The notes: generated by a model not told the origin, from the letters alone. 32,000 nt of DNA from Telmatocola sphagniphila (GCF_018398935.1 NZ_CP074694.1:3810001-3842000), one strand, 5' to 3'; positions 18,035 to 26,554 are shown, counted from the first letter of the stretch. Program-made: numbers and translations.

Positions 18035-19044
18035 TCATTCCCGCCAGGGCTTCTTTTGCTTGTAGAGTTCTAAACGCTTCCGAGCTTTCTCGCCATCTTC
18101 CTTTTCGTAATTTTTGTTATTCAATGCCTGCTCTTGGTATTTGATCGCCTCATCGAATCGACCTTCGGCCGCAGCGATTACACTAAAAGCCTCATTATTG
18201 TAGGGACTAGATTTTCGTAGTTCGATAACTTGTTTAAGCAATTCTTTGGCTTTCGGGATGTCCCGTAGTTTAACATCCTGGCACAATGCGAGAAGATAGA
18301 CTTTGTGAGTCCAGGTTAACGCATCTTTCGGATCGAGACGAATCGCCTCGTCGTAATCGGAGAGCGCTTTGTCGTACTCTTTCTTGCCAAGCCAAGCAAA
18401 GCCGCGACTGCCGTAGGCTGCGGCCAAGTTCGGATCGAGACGAATCACTTCAGAATAATCGGAGACGCCTTGTCGTACTCCTTCTTGCCACGCCATACGT
18501 TGCCTCGATTGCCGTAAGCTATTGCCTCGTTCGGATCGAGACGAATCGCCTCGTTGAAATCGGAGAGCGCTTTGTCGTACTCCTTCTTGCAGAACCAAGC
18601 ATGGCCGCGATTGAGGTAGGCTCTGGTATCTTTTGGGTTTTTCCCGAGATATGTCGTGTAATCCATTATCGCATTATCAAGTTCCCCTTTTTTGTCCCAG
18701 GCCACAGCTCTACGATATAAAGCCCAGGTTTGGTTCGGATCGGCTTTGTAAATATCGCTGAAAAATTCGGGAGCATCGGCAATCAGAATGAAATCGTTCT
18801 TTATCACCCAACCTTCCCGGAAACCATCCCAGATTCGAAGCAAGCCTTCTTTCTCTGAGTCCACGGTAAAAACGGGAAAATTCGACAGCTCGTAATAAAT
18901 CCGCTTGTTGTTGCTCCAATCGCTGAACTTGATTTGCTTCTGATCCTGTTTCCTTGCCATAACTTGCTCACCGATCCAGGATTTTTCTTGGGCCTGTGTG
19001 AAAGGAGAGCACAACAACAAAACAATCAGGCAACGGGCCAGCAT
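18035..19044 (-). pseudogene. Secreted TPR-repeat protein, interrupted by a 1-nt deletion near 18465
   Basis: ATG 19044 gives the signal peptide MLARCLIVLLLCSPFTQAQ. ORF-track entries 18445-19239 and 18035-18598 overlap in different frames. The sequence GAG TAC GAC AAG GCG TCT CCG... compares with sibling repeats GAG TAC GAC AAA GCG CTC TCC GAT, so one C is missing. Confidence 0.7.
18320..18624 (-). repeat. Three consecutive near-identical 102-bp (34-codon) TPR units
   Basis: The units are RAYLNRGHAWFCKKEYDKALSDFNEAIRLDPNEA, IAYGNRGNVWRGKKEYDKA(L)SDYSEVIRLDPNLA and AAYGSRGFAWLGKKEYDKALSDYDEAIRLDPKDA. Confidence 0.8.
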
Positions 19045-19139
19045 GGCAACAGACCTCGGAACGAGTAACGTTTGCTTGAGATAGTATTCCGATTGAGAGC
19101 AAATTTCGCAAGGGCAATAACTTAACGAAAGTAGATGAC

Positions 19140-19418
19140 TCACACCCGCACAAAGTAGTACGTCTGCTCCCGTTTCCCGGTCGTGCTGTCGATCCAGGTC
19201 AGCATCTCGAAATCGCCCGTTCCGATCAAGAAGTACCACTCGCCTTTCTGGGGCAGGATCACAGGCTCGGGTTCAAAGGCCTCTGGATCTTGGCGCGCGT
19301 ACCTGGCTCCCTTCAGTGTGAATTCCCCCTTGCGATCACAGCTCTACGGATCGAGCTGGAGCCAGAGCGGCCGACGCTGGAGATTGGCCAGGGTCCATTT
19401 GGAGGAGCTGCGTTGCAT
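19140..19418 (-). pseudogene. Unannotated 92-codon ORF with an in-frame TAG at 19344-19346
   Basis: Hand translation gives MQRSSSKWTLANLQRRPLWLQLDP*SCDRKGEFTLKGARYARQDPEAFEPEPVILPQKGEWYFLIGTGDFEMLTWIDSTTGKREQTYYFVRV*. It is absent from the ORF track because the stop splits it. It lies 44 nt downstream of TIGR02996 paralogue A on the same strand. Confidence 0.45.
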
Positions 19419-19462
19419 GCAGGTATCAGAACAGGCGGGCGGGGCGTGGGCGAGGTCGGTTG

Positions 19463-20059
19463 TCAGCTCGACTTATTCTGTTCAACTGGCCACACCATCT
19501 TCGGCAGTCCCGCCAGTTCTCGCCCGTAGTCTACGCAGGCGCGGGAGAGAGCTTCGAGGGCAGATTCGGAATCAATGAACCTACTGATTGGCCCACGGTG
19601 CCTCTTGAATCCGGTTAGTAGATCGAAGATCTCCGTCTCAATCACATTCTCAGACGGTTGAAATCCTTGAATTAAAGGATGACCTCTATTTAACCAGGTC
19701 GGTCCGCGTTGATCCGAAAAAGGCCGCTTATCCGTCAGCTTCACCCGCGTGAGGGGATGCTCAGAGAATAGCTCTTCCGCGTGCTCCATGAAGTTGGAGC
19801 AAGAGCATTCAAGCGATTCAAAAAATCCCCTGCATTGATCATATTCAAAGAATCTTTCTCCAGTAATTTCGTCGATATCAGTAGCAAGAGAAATTATCAT
19901 CGAAGGTCGCACAATCTGTTCGCGAATAAATTCTGCCTCCCGCACTTCCCCTATCTCCTCCAGCCAATCCCCATAGATCAGTCGGGGCGTGTCATCAAAA
20001 GGCGTCTCACAGATTCGTCGGAGGAACGCGGCGCGGTCGGATGCAGTTTGAGTTGGCAT
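19463..20059 (-). CDS. TIGR02996-type N-terminal domain protein, paralogue A
   Basis: MPTQTASDRAAFLRRICETPFDDTPRLIYGDWLEEIGEVREAEFIRE, with C-terminal ALSRACVDYGRELAGLP. Start chosen by alignment with paralogues B and C; 20062 or TTG 20071 are alternatives. Confidence 0.75.
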   Translation of the reverse strand: MPTQTASDRAAFLRRICETPFDDTPRLIYGDWLEEIGEVREAEFIREQIVRPSMIISLATDIDEITGERFFEYDQCRGFFESLECSCSNFMEHAEELFSEHPLTRVKLTDKRPFSDQRGPTWLNRGHPLIQGFQPSENVIETEIFDLLTGFKRHRGPISRFIDSESALEALSRACVDYGRELAGLPKMVWPVEQNKSS

Positions 20060-20318
20060 CATGTCGATCAAGATATCCGTTTAGGCTTGACCGCTCCAGA
20101 AAAACAGGGCAAAATCTCAATGAAGGGTACATTTTTTTTGAGTGCATACCCTTCATCAGAATGATTTGAGGGACAGTTCGAAGCTTCGCGAACGGGCGAT
20201 TCTGAGAAATCCTTAGTTCCGAAATACTTACTCGCCGCCGAACCCATCCCGATTTGCCCGTATCCTTTCGTAATCCCGTTCACCAAACGGAACTCGAACA
20301 TCGCTAGAGACCTTCCCC

Positions 20319-20693
20319 ATGCCGTCCCGTTCGAAAAAAGTTGATCCTCGCTTACTGGGAAGCTGGAAATCGGATCGCCGGAAGACATTCCAGCACTTTA
20401 AGCCGAAAGCAAATTGTCCGCCGAGCAGTTTCAGGAAATTGAAAGCGATGTTCGGGAAATTGGTGATCACTTGGCGACGCAATACCTATGTGACCAACTT
20501 GGATGGATTTCGAAGAACCTATCGATACGAGGTTATCGCCACAGATTCTTCCAGCGTGGTGATTCGCTATTACGACGAATTCAGTCCTCAGGGAAGTCTC
20601 CGGCAAATCAACTTTTCTGGCGACTATTACTGCATGGCGGCGTCGGGCGGCAGTTTATGCGAGTACTTTCGAAGAATCCCGAATGAGGAATGA
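20319..20693 (+). CDS. Small hypothetical protein, possibly a lipocalin-like fold
   Basis: 124 aa. LLGSWKSDRRKT...GKLVITW...YEVIATDSSSVVIRYY...INFSGDYYCMA...EYFRRIP is a beta-strand pattern typical of small lipocalin-like proteins. Preferred over the overlapping minus ORF 20068-20388. Confidence 0.5.
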   Translation: MPSRSKKVDPRLLGSWKSDRRKTFQHFKPKANCPPSSFRKLKAMFGKLVITWRRNTYVTNLDGFRRTYRYEVIATDSSSVVIRYYDEFSPQGSLRQINFSGDYYCMAASGGSLCEYFRRIPNEE

Positions 20694-20744
20694 CCGCAAG
20701 TCTCTTTCAATATTTCCATTAAATCTCTCGAAGCGGAATCCACT

Positions 20745-21323
20745 TCAAAGATCGACTTTAGGCCATTCCAGCTTCGGCAACCCCGCTTGCTCTCGTCCGT
20801 ATTCGACGCAAGCGCGGGAGAGGGCTGCAATAGCAATTTTTTTTGAATCGAAGAACGGATAGTCAGTCCTCACCCATCCGGGCGGCTTGTCCATCAACTC
20901 AAAAATCTCATTTGGTATAAAACAAGAATATCCTACTGAAGTTGCATCCCAACCAAATCTCGGCTCTCCTCTTTCATGTTCAAATCTATCCGCTGCAGGT
21001 GTTTTATCGATTAGGGTTACTTGAATTATTGGGTAGAGTTCAAAGATTTGCTTCGCGTGCTTCATGAAATCATCGCATTCCATCGACAGTTCGCAGCACA
21101 TGCCATTACGCAGCTGGATCATAAACCTCTGATCGCCAAGAACTAAATCCTGCTCGAAAACCTCTTCGCTGCATGCTCGGATCTGACGAATCCAATTGGT
21201 CTGCTCCGGTTGATGTTCTTCCAGCCAGTCGGCGAAGATCAAGCGACGAGTCTCGTCGAACGGGTTCTCGCGGATCTTGCGAATGAAGGCGGCGCGGTCG
21301 ATTTCCTGCTGGGTGGGATTCAT
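20745..21323 (-). CDS. TIGR02996-type N-terminal domain protein, paralogue B
   Basis: MNPTQQEIDRAAFIRKIRENPFDETRRLIFADWLEEH, with C-terminal ALSRACVEYGREQAGLP. Its ATG overlaps the stop of paralogue C (ATGA at 21323-21320). Confidence 0.8.
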   Translation of the reverse strand: MNPTQQEIDRAAFIRKIRENPFDETRRLIFADWLEEHQPEQTNWIRQIRACSEEVFEQDLVLGDQRFMIQLRNGMCCELSMECDDFMKHAKQIFELYPIIQVTLIDKTPAADRFEHERGEPRFGWDATSVGYSCFIPNEIFELMDKPPGWVRTDYPFFDSKKIAIAALSRACVEYGREQAGLPKLEWPKVDL

Positions 21324-21886
21324 GCCAGCTTCTCCCAGTCAATTGCGGGTAGCCCCGCTTGCTCTCGGCCGTAATCGACGCAGGCACGGGAAAGGGCATC
21401 AATAGCTTCTCTGCATGTGTGAAAAGCAATACCTGTTCTATTGGGTTGATGACACATCAAATCAATAAACCTTTGAGGTACCGAATTACTGTTTATTAAT
21501 CGATGATTTGAAAATTGGTCACTTACCCAAACCCAGTATTCATTTTGCCGTGCTTTTTGAGGTTTCTTACCTTTGATCGATACCTCAATGATAGGAAATT
21601 TCAAGAAAATCTCTTGTGCGTTCGCAAAAAATGTCGGGACATCGAACTTAATCGAATCAAAGACTCCTTTCGCTTTAGGATTGACGAATACCTTTTCCTC
21701 GATCGAAAGGATCAAAACTCCTCGAGCGGGTCCGGGTACCGATCTTCGAACAAGAATTGCCTGTCCTTCCTGTCCAATATCTTCCAACCAGTCCGCATAG
21801 ATCAGCCGCGGCGTCGGATCGAACGGGCTCTCGCAGATCTTGCGAATGAAGGCGGCCCGGTCGATTTCCTGCTGGGTGGGATTCAT
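21320..21886 (-). CDS. TIGR02996-type N-terminal domain protein, paralogue C
   Basis: MNPTQQEIDRAAFIRKICESPFDPTPRLIYADWLEDIG, with C-terminal ALSRACVDYGREQAGLP. ATG 21886 chosen by identity with paralogue B; the ORF-track start at 21922 adds 12 residues. Confidence 0.8.
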   Translation of the reverse strand: MNPTQQEIDRAAFIRKICESPFDPTPRLIYADWLEDIGQEGQAILVRRSVPGPARGVLILSIEEKVFVNPKAKGVFDSIKFDVPTFFANAQEIFLKFPIIEVSIKGKKPQKARQNEYWVWVSDQFSNHRLINSNSVPQRFIDLMCHQPNRTGIAFHTCREAIDALSRACVDYGREQAGLPAIDWEKLA

Positions 21887-21976
21887 GCCCTCTAGCATAG
21901 CCGTGAAGCTGGGAACTCTCAATACAGAGCGGGCATTGGCGAACGAAGATTCATTTTCAAAATATGCAGAATTGTC

Positions 21977-22282
21977 TCATCCTATTTTCTTGCAGCCGGG
22001 GCCCTCCAGGGCGGGTTGCTTTTCCAGAATCAGACCATTACTCGCGAGGACTTTGCACCTATCGGCGTTCAACTGGATATAGCTTTGCCATTGGGCGGGC
22101 ACATTGGACTCATAATAAATCGCTTCCACCGGACATTCTGGAATGCAAGCTTCGCAATCGATGCAATGTTCCGGATCGATGTAAAGCATCTTCTCGTCTT
22201 GATAAAAACACTCGCACGGGCAGACCACACAACAATCGGTGTACCTGCAATCGGTACAGGGAGCTGTCACCACATGAGCCAT
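21977..22282 (-). CDS. fdxA: 7Fe ferredoxin ([3Fe-4S][4Fe-4S], Azotobacter FdI type)
   Basis: AHVVTAPCTDCRYTDCCVVCPCECFYQDEKMLYIDPEHCIDCEACIPECPVEAIY is colinear with the FdI Cys pattern. Confidence 0.9.
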   Translation of the reverse strand: MAHVVTAPCTDCRYTDCCVVCPCECFYQDEKMLYIDPEHCIDCEACIPECPVEAIYYESNVPAQWQSYIQLNADRCKVLASNGLILEKQPALEGPGCKKIG

Positions 22283-22548
22283 GAGAGCACTTCCTTTGTG
22301 AGTTTTAGCAGATCTCGGGACTGATCACCCGAATGGCAATTATGCGTTCGGGATCAGGCGAGCATTAGGAAGGGACAACCGCTGGATCGACAGGTTCGTC
22401 GATGACTTGACGAAGTTGAATATGAATTTTTGAAAGGGTATCTTGAGGAGTTCACTCAAGATTGTGGAGCCCAACAAGATCATTGGTGGTCTGTAGCGAG
22501 ACACCTGTGATCCAATTGATATTACGCTGGGACACCGGAAAGCTCCTA

Positions 22549-22968
22549 CTACTTCTTGTCTACCGGCAGCGGGTAGAGCTCTTTGAGAAGGGTGATGGAC
22601 TCAGCTCTACGCTCCTTCTCGACCCCAGCGACTGCTTCCATAGATTGCAGAATGAGCCCCAATCCCATCTCTTCCTGCGTTTTTTTCAAAGAATCCAGCG
22701 TCTGAATCAACTTTTCCTGCTGCTCATTGATTTCAATCAGACTCTCGAGCTCTCGAATTGATTTCGAAAAAAGAATCCCCTGCTCGAACTTCCTTAACAA
22801 TTTCTGGCGAGCATCCCATTCCTTTTCGCTCAACTCTTGAGGATTAGGCATGGCTTTATAGTCTCGCTCCAGATCCTTTCGCTTATCGCCCAACAACAGA
22901 CCACTCGATTGGATCTGCCGCTCGGCAAGCTTCCGATCTAATCGAAGCAATCGTACGTACATACCCAA
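22549..22968 (-). CDS. Coiled-coil hypothetical protein; probably the distal part of a frameshifted secreted protein
   Basis: Charged heptad-like sequence (LRLDRKLAERQIQ...EQQEKLIQTLDSLKKTQEEM). The only start is TTG/ATG inside the overlap with ORF 22938-23141. Confidence 0.5.
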   Translation of the reverse strand: MGMYVRLLRLDRKLAERQIQSSGLLLGDKRKDLERDYKAMPNPQELSEKEWDARQKLLRKFEQGILFSKSIRELESLIEINEQQEKLIQTLDSLKKTQEEMGLGLILQSMEAVAGVEKERRAESITLLKELYPLPVDKK

Positions 22969-23141
22969 AACATATTTATTTTCTCGATCCTCACCCAGCT
23001 TTGCACCTCTCGGTAGTAGGGCTTGTTCAAATCATCATCCTCCAGCTTCTCCAACGGCGGTTCTTTCAGAACCTGCCCGGAAGAAGAGGCACTCAGAACA
23101 AGTGCCAACGCGACTGCGAGAATTCCAATGGGGCGGGACAT
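22938..23141 (-). CDS. Signal-peptide-bearing short ORF; probably the proximal part of the same gene as 22549-22968
   Basis: ATG 23141 gives MSRPIGILAVALALVLSASSSGQ. After ...LNKPYYR this frame turns into the implausible EVQSWVRIEKINMFWVCTYDCFD*, while the -1 frame continues GAKLGEDRENKYVLGMYVRLLRL... Confidence 0.4.
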   Translation of the reverse strand: MSRPIGILAVALALVLSASSSGQVLKEPPLEKLEDDDLNKPYYREVQSWVRIEKINMFWVCTYDCFD

Positions 23142-23431
23142 GCGAAAGACCTCTAAATCTGGAGAGATCCAAGTTAGAAAACACTGCTGCATTGTAACGG
23201 GAATGGCTCTCCTGAGAAGTGAAAAATCGCTGAGTCAGAGACCTTCGCGCCATTTCAAATCTTCGCCCTCAGAAAAGATCTCAACCGGTAGCTCAAGAAT
23301 TCTCAAAGCAACATTCAAGAAGCAACTTATGTCGGATCCCCGATTGATTAAAATAGACAAATTATCCTTGCAAATTGTTTTTTTATGCGACTAAAATGCA
23401 CGAAAATTGATCCACCATTTCAGGTCTCGCC

Positions 23432-25258
23432 ATGATCAGGATCTGTCTTCTCGCTTGCCTAGGACTTCTTTTTTCGTCCTTCTGGCTTTTCGCTCAACCC
23501 CAACCCGATGCCGCATCGCCAGCCCCGACGGATCCTTTCGAAGGGGAATTTCAAAAGTACCTCGTAAACCGCCAGGCCGCGGGGAACTCTGATCAATTCC
23601 TTGTTAAAAACGCTCCCCATCGATTCGGCGAATGGAAAACCGGCGCGGAAAATGGTTCTCGAATTGCTCAATATTTCTACGGCCTGTGTCTTCAAGGAGG
23701 TCATTCGACTGCGAAAGATCCAGATCGGGCCAAGATCTATTTGCAGAAAGCAGCCGACGCCGGTCTACCCCAGGCATTCACAGTATTGGGGTTAGTCGAG
23801 GCTCCTGGAGTGTCCTACGTTCAAGGTTTTTTCCGCTTCAGAAACGATCAGAAAAGCTACGAACGTTTCTGCAAAGCTGCGGATATGGGCGATACCGCAG
23901 CCATCTATTTCTCCGCCTTATACCAGCTTTACGGCTTCGGCTGCACAAAGAATGAGGAGACCGCTTTTAAACGAATAGTTGCGGCCGCCAACCTCGGGGA
24001 ATCCAATGCCATGCTGCTGCTTGGCACGCTATATGGTAATGGAGTGTATGCGAAACAAGATTTCAATCGGGCCAATGATTGGATCCGAAAGGCCGCGGAG
24101 TTGGGCAACGGGAACGCGATGTTCTCGATGTGCATGAGTTACGAAAATGGCTACGGGGTACCGAAAGATAGCAAGGAAGCCGCCAAGTGGTGCCTCAAAG
24201 CCGCGGAATTAGGGAATATCGAGGCCGCCGGATATCTCGGCTGGATGTACGAAGTCGGAGAAGGCTTACCAGTAGATGTGAAACTGGCCTGGAAGTGGCA
24301 CTTCCGGGCGGCGGAAGCGGGACATGTCGAAGCGATGTATGCCGTCGCGCGTTCTTACGATGAAGGGAACGGGGTTCAGCGAGATGGCAAAGAAGCTGTG
24401 AATTGGTGCCAAAAAGCGGCCCGTCTGGGAGATACCGACGCCATTGCAGTTTTAGGCGCCTGGCATCAAACTGGAAGAAATGATCTCCCTAAAGATTTCA
24501 AGTATGCCCGAATTCTCCTAGAGACAGCGGCCGCACGTGGAAGCGGCTTTGCGATGTGCTGCCTAGGAAATCTGTACTGCATTGGGCAAGGCGTAGAACG
24601 TAGCGATCGGGAAGCTCATAAATGGTATCTAAAGGCGGCACAGGCAAATTATTCTCCCATTTATTACTATCTCAGCCAGACCTATTTTTTTGCTCGCGGT
24701 ATCGAGAAGAATTATCAAGAGTCTTTTCGGTGGTGCAAAAAATCGGTCGAAGCTGACAATCCCAATGCGATGATGTTTTTGGGTTACTTATATGAGAATG
24801 GCTTAGGAACGGAGAAAGATGATGCGGCCGCAGTCAAATGGTATCAGGCTGCGGCCGAAAAAAACGAATCGATGGCCATGCTTTATCTGGGGAAACGCTA
24901 CTTCTACGGCAATGGAGTTAAGAAAGATGTGCAAGCTTCGATCAAGTGGCTCGAAAAGTCCTCAGATCTCAAAAATCCTTATAGCATGATTTCACTCGCC
25001 GATTATCACGAACAGGGTATCGGTGGCTTGAACGATGAAAAATTGGCCGAACGACTTCGCCGGGATGCGATAAAATTACTCAAACAACGTATCGGTGATG
25101 AAGACGATGACGCTATGGTCACTTTAGGACTGCTGTACTGGCAAGGACGAGGCGTCGAGCAAAATGTTAACGAAGCTTTTGCTCTTTTTCGGAAAGCGGC
25201 AAAGCTGGGCAACCAATATGCGCTCGATTACTTAATTTGGCTGGGTTTGGATAGTTAA
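23432..25258 (+). CDS. Secreted Sel1-like repeat (SLR) protein, 608 aa
   Basis: Signal peptide MIRICLLACLGLLFSSFWLFAQP. Many ~36-aa units of the form A.KWY.KAAE.G...A...LG.MY..G.GV.(K/R)D. Confidence 0.85.
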   Translation: MIRICLLACLGLLFSSFWLFAQPQPDAASPAPTDPFEGEFQKYLVNRQAAGNSDQFLVKNAPHRFGEWKTGAENGSRIAQYFYGLCLQGGHSTAKDPDRAKIYLQKAADAGLPQAFTVLGLVEAPGVSYVQGFFRFRNDQKSYERFCKAADMGDTAAIYFSALYQLYGFGCTKNEETAFKRIVAAANLGESNAMLLLGTLYGNGVYAKQDFNRANDWIRKAAELGNGNAMFSMCMSYENGYGVPKDSKEAAKWCLKAAELGNIEAAGYLGWMYEVGEGLPVDVKLAWKWHFRAAEAGHVEAMYAVARSYDEGNGVQRDGKEAVNWCQKAARLGDTDAIAVLGAWHQTGRNDLPKDFKYARILLETAAARGSGFAMCCLGNLYCIGQGVERSDREAHKWYLKAAQANYSPIYYYLSQTYFFARGIEKNYQESFRWCKKSVEADNPNAMMFLGYLYENGLGTEKDDAAAVKWYQAAAEKNESMAMLYLGKRYFYGNGVKKDVQASIKWLEKSSDLKNPYSMISLADYHEQGIGGLNDEKLAERLRRDAIKLLKQRIGDEDDDAMVTLGLLYWQGRGVEQNVNEAFALFRKAAKLGNQYALDYLIWLGLDS

Positions 25259-25422
25259 AGTAGCATATTAAAGGTAAATATCGGGAACACCCCCCCGCAA
25301 ACTCACCCCAGTTTCCCAAGCCCAAAACTTCTAAAAAAATTGGACTTTTGTTTTTGCGTCTGGAGGATGTGTGAAGTAAGAATTTTGTGAGTAGGTATAT
25401 CAACGCTCACAGGTAATGCCTT

Positions 25423-25926
25423 ATGATCACCGATTATTTAAACGGAACTTTTTTCGTCTATCGCGATGGTCAGGGATTCTCTGAAAAGGGAACCCTCCTC
25501 TCCAAGCTTTTAATATGCCCTAAGCATACCAATATAAACAATCACGATGTTGTTTTTGGCTCGGAAAAATCCGAAGAACGATTCGTGGTCGTCAGCAAAA
25601 AATTCATTCCTTCCCGGGATCCGCTCGTTCCGGGCTATTTCAAGTGCGAAATCGAGAATATCCGCACCTACGCCCGGCGACTCGCACGCGAGGCCCGGCG
25701 ACAAATTCAACCGCCGGTTCGCCAGACCGTCAACGATCTGGGCAGCGATGTTCTGACACCCGCTAATCGCACCCTGACCACTCCGGAAATCAAGACTATT
25801 GACGCTCTCCAGGCCGCCATCGAGGCCTTGAAAATCGATCCCTCGGAAAAGGCTTTCATCTGGAAAAGAATCTCGGAACAGTCCGAGCACTTTCTCAATG
25901 CCTTCCACACCGCATTAAGCAGTTGA
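25423..25926 (+). CDS. Hypothetical protein (167 aa), no recognisable motif
   Basis: ATG-initiated ORF with plausible composition. The antisense ORFs in the track look like shadows. Confidence 0.4.
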   Translation: MITDYLNGTFFVYRDGQGFSEKGTLLSKLLICPKHTNINNHDVVFGSEKSEERFVVVSKKFIPSRDPLVPGYFKCEIENIRTYARRLAREARRQIQPPVRQTVNDLGSDVLTPANRTLTTPEIKTIDALQAAIEALKIDPSEKAFIWKRISEQSEHFLNAFHTALSS

Positions 25927-26173
25927 CCGAGTTCTCCAGCCTCTTACCGAGAGCTCTAATTCTGTTCATTGCCCCGTAAGCAATCGGGCGGCAGCGTTCG
26001 CCTGTGTGATTGGATTCGATAAGCGGAGGGGCGGCTTTGAGAGCTTCCATAAATCCCCGTAATTCTGAGGTATAGATGAGTAGTAAAGACAATGACGGAC
26101 GGCATTCTAACCGAAATTTTTGGGGATGCAAAACTACTAAATACGAAGGGCGATTGAATTTGATGGGTTTTCA

Positions 26174-26527
26174 GTGAAGTCTCTGCACTTGGCGGCCAAA
26201 CTGATCAAATTTTGTGCAGGAAACCAATTCGGTAAGCTCCTTCCAGAAGCAATAAAACGAGAGATCGAACCTTCAATAGCTCGTGGTCATTCAATTGGTT
26301 GTGGATGCGGACAAGTTGACCTGCAAAGACAGCAAAACATTCCTGCCTTCTATACTCATCGCGACCATGCTGAAAAAAGAAATCAGGAAGGAATTATCCA
26401 AGGACAAAGCGGAATAGAGTTTTTCGTTCTGGGAAGCTGGGAGGAGAACCTTCCAGCTTACTCAAGAATAGGATGTTATGGTTATTTGGATTCGCTTAGA
26501 TCTTTAGGCAAATCGAATTTGAGTTAA
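26174..26527 (+). CDS. Hypothetical protein (117 aa), weak call
   Basis: GTG-initiated ORF in an otherwise empty gap, with no motif. Confidence 0.25.
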   Translation: MKSLHLAAKLIKFCAGNQFGKLLPEAIKREIEPSIARGHSIGCGCGQVDLQRQQNIPAFYTHRDHAEKRNQEGIIQGQSGIEFFVLGSWEENLPAYSRIGCYGYLDSLRSLGKSNLS

Positions 26528-26554
26528 TGCCCGGAGAACCGCCAAATTACAATT

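Noticed and set aside
18320-18624. Regularly spaced ~102-bp repeats that could be mistaken for a CRISPR-like array
   Set aside because: The period equals one 34-residue TPR unit. The repeats are in frame and coding, and there are no unique spacers.
19344-19346. The in-frame TAG as a pyrrolysine or programmed read-through codon
   Set aside because: There is no pyl gene context or recognisable recoding signal here, and Pyl is not expected in this lineage. A nonsense mutation is the simpler explanation.
19183-19578. Plus-strand ORFs of 131 aa and 79 aa between the TPR gene and TIGR02996 paralogue A
   Set aside because: They are Arg/Ser/Gly-rich shadows of the minus-strand hidden ORF (19140-19418) and of the 3' end of paralogue A.
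20068-20388. 106-aa minus-strand ORF abutting the start of paralogue A
   Set aside because: It has no motif and overlaps the better-supported + strand gene at 20319-20693. The region is more simply a divergent intergenic spacer.
17710-22300. Genomic island or prophage integrated at tRNA-Arg
   Set aside because: No integrase, phage or conjugation genes are present, and I could not find a direct repeat of the tRNA 3' end. The 12-nt match CGAATCGCCTCG in the TPR repeats (near 18340 and 18545) is explained by the codons for DEAIRLD read on the opposite strand.
25895-26131. 78-aa minus-strand ORF in the gap between the two hypothetical + strand genes
   Set aside because: It has no motif, signal or convincing start context. 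It cannot be supported from sequence alone.
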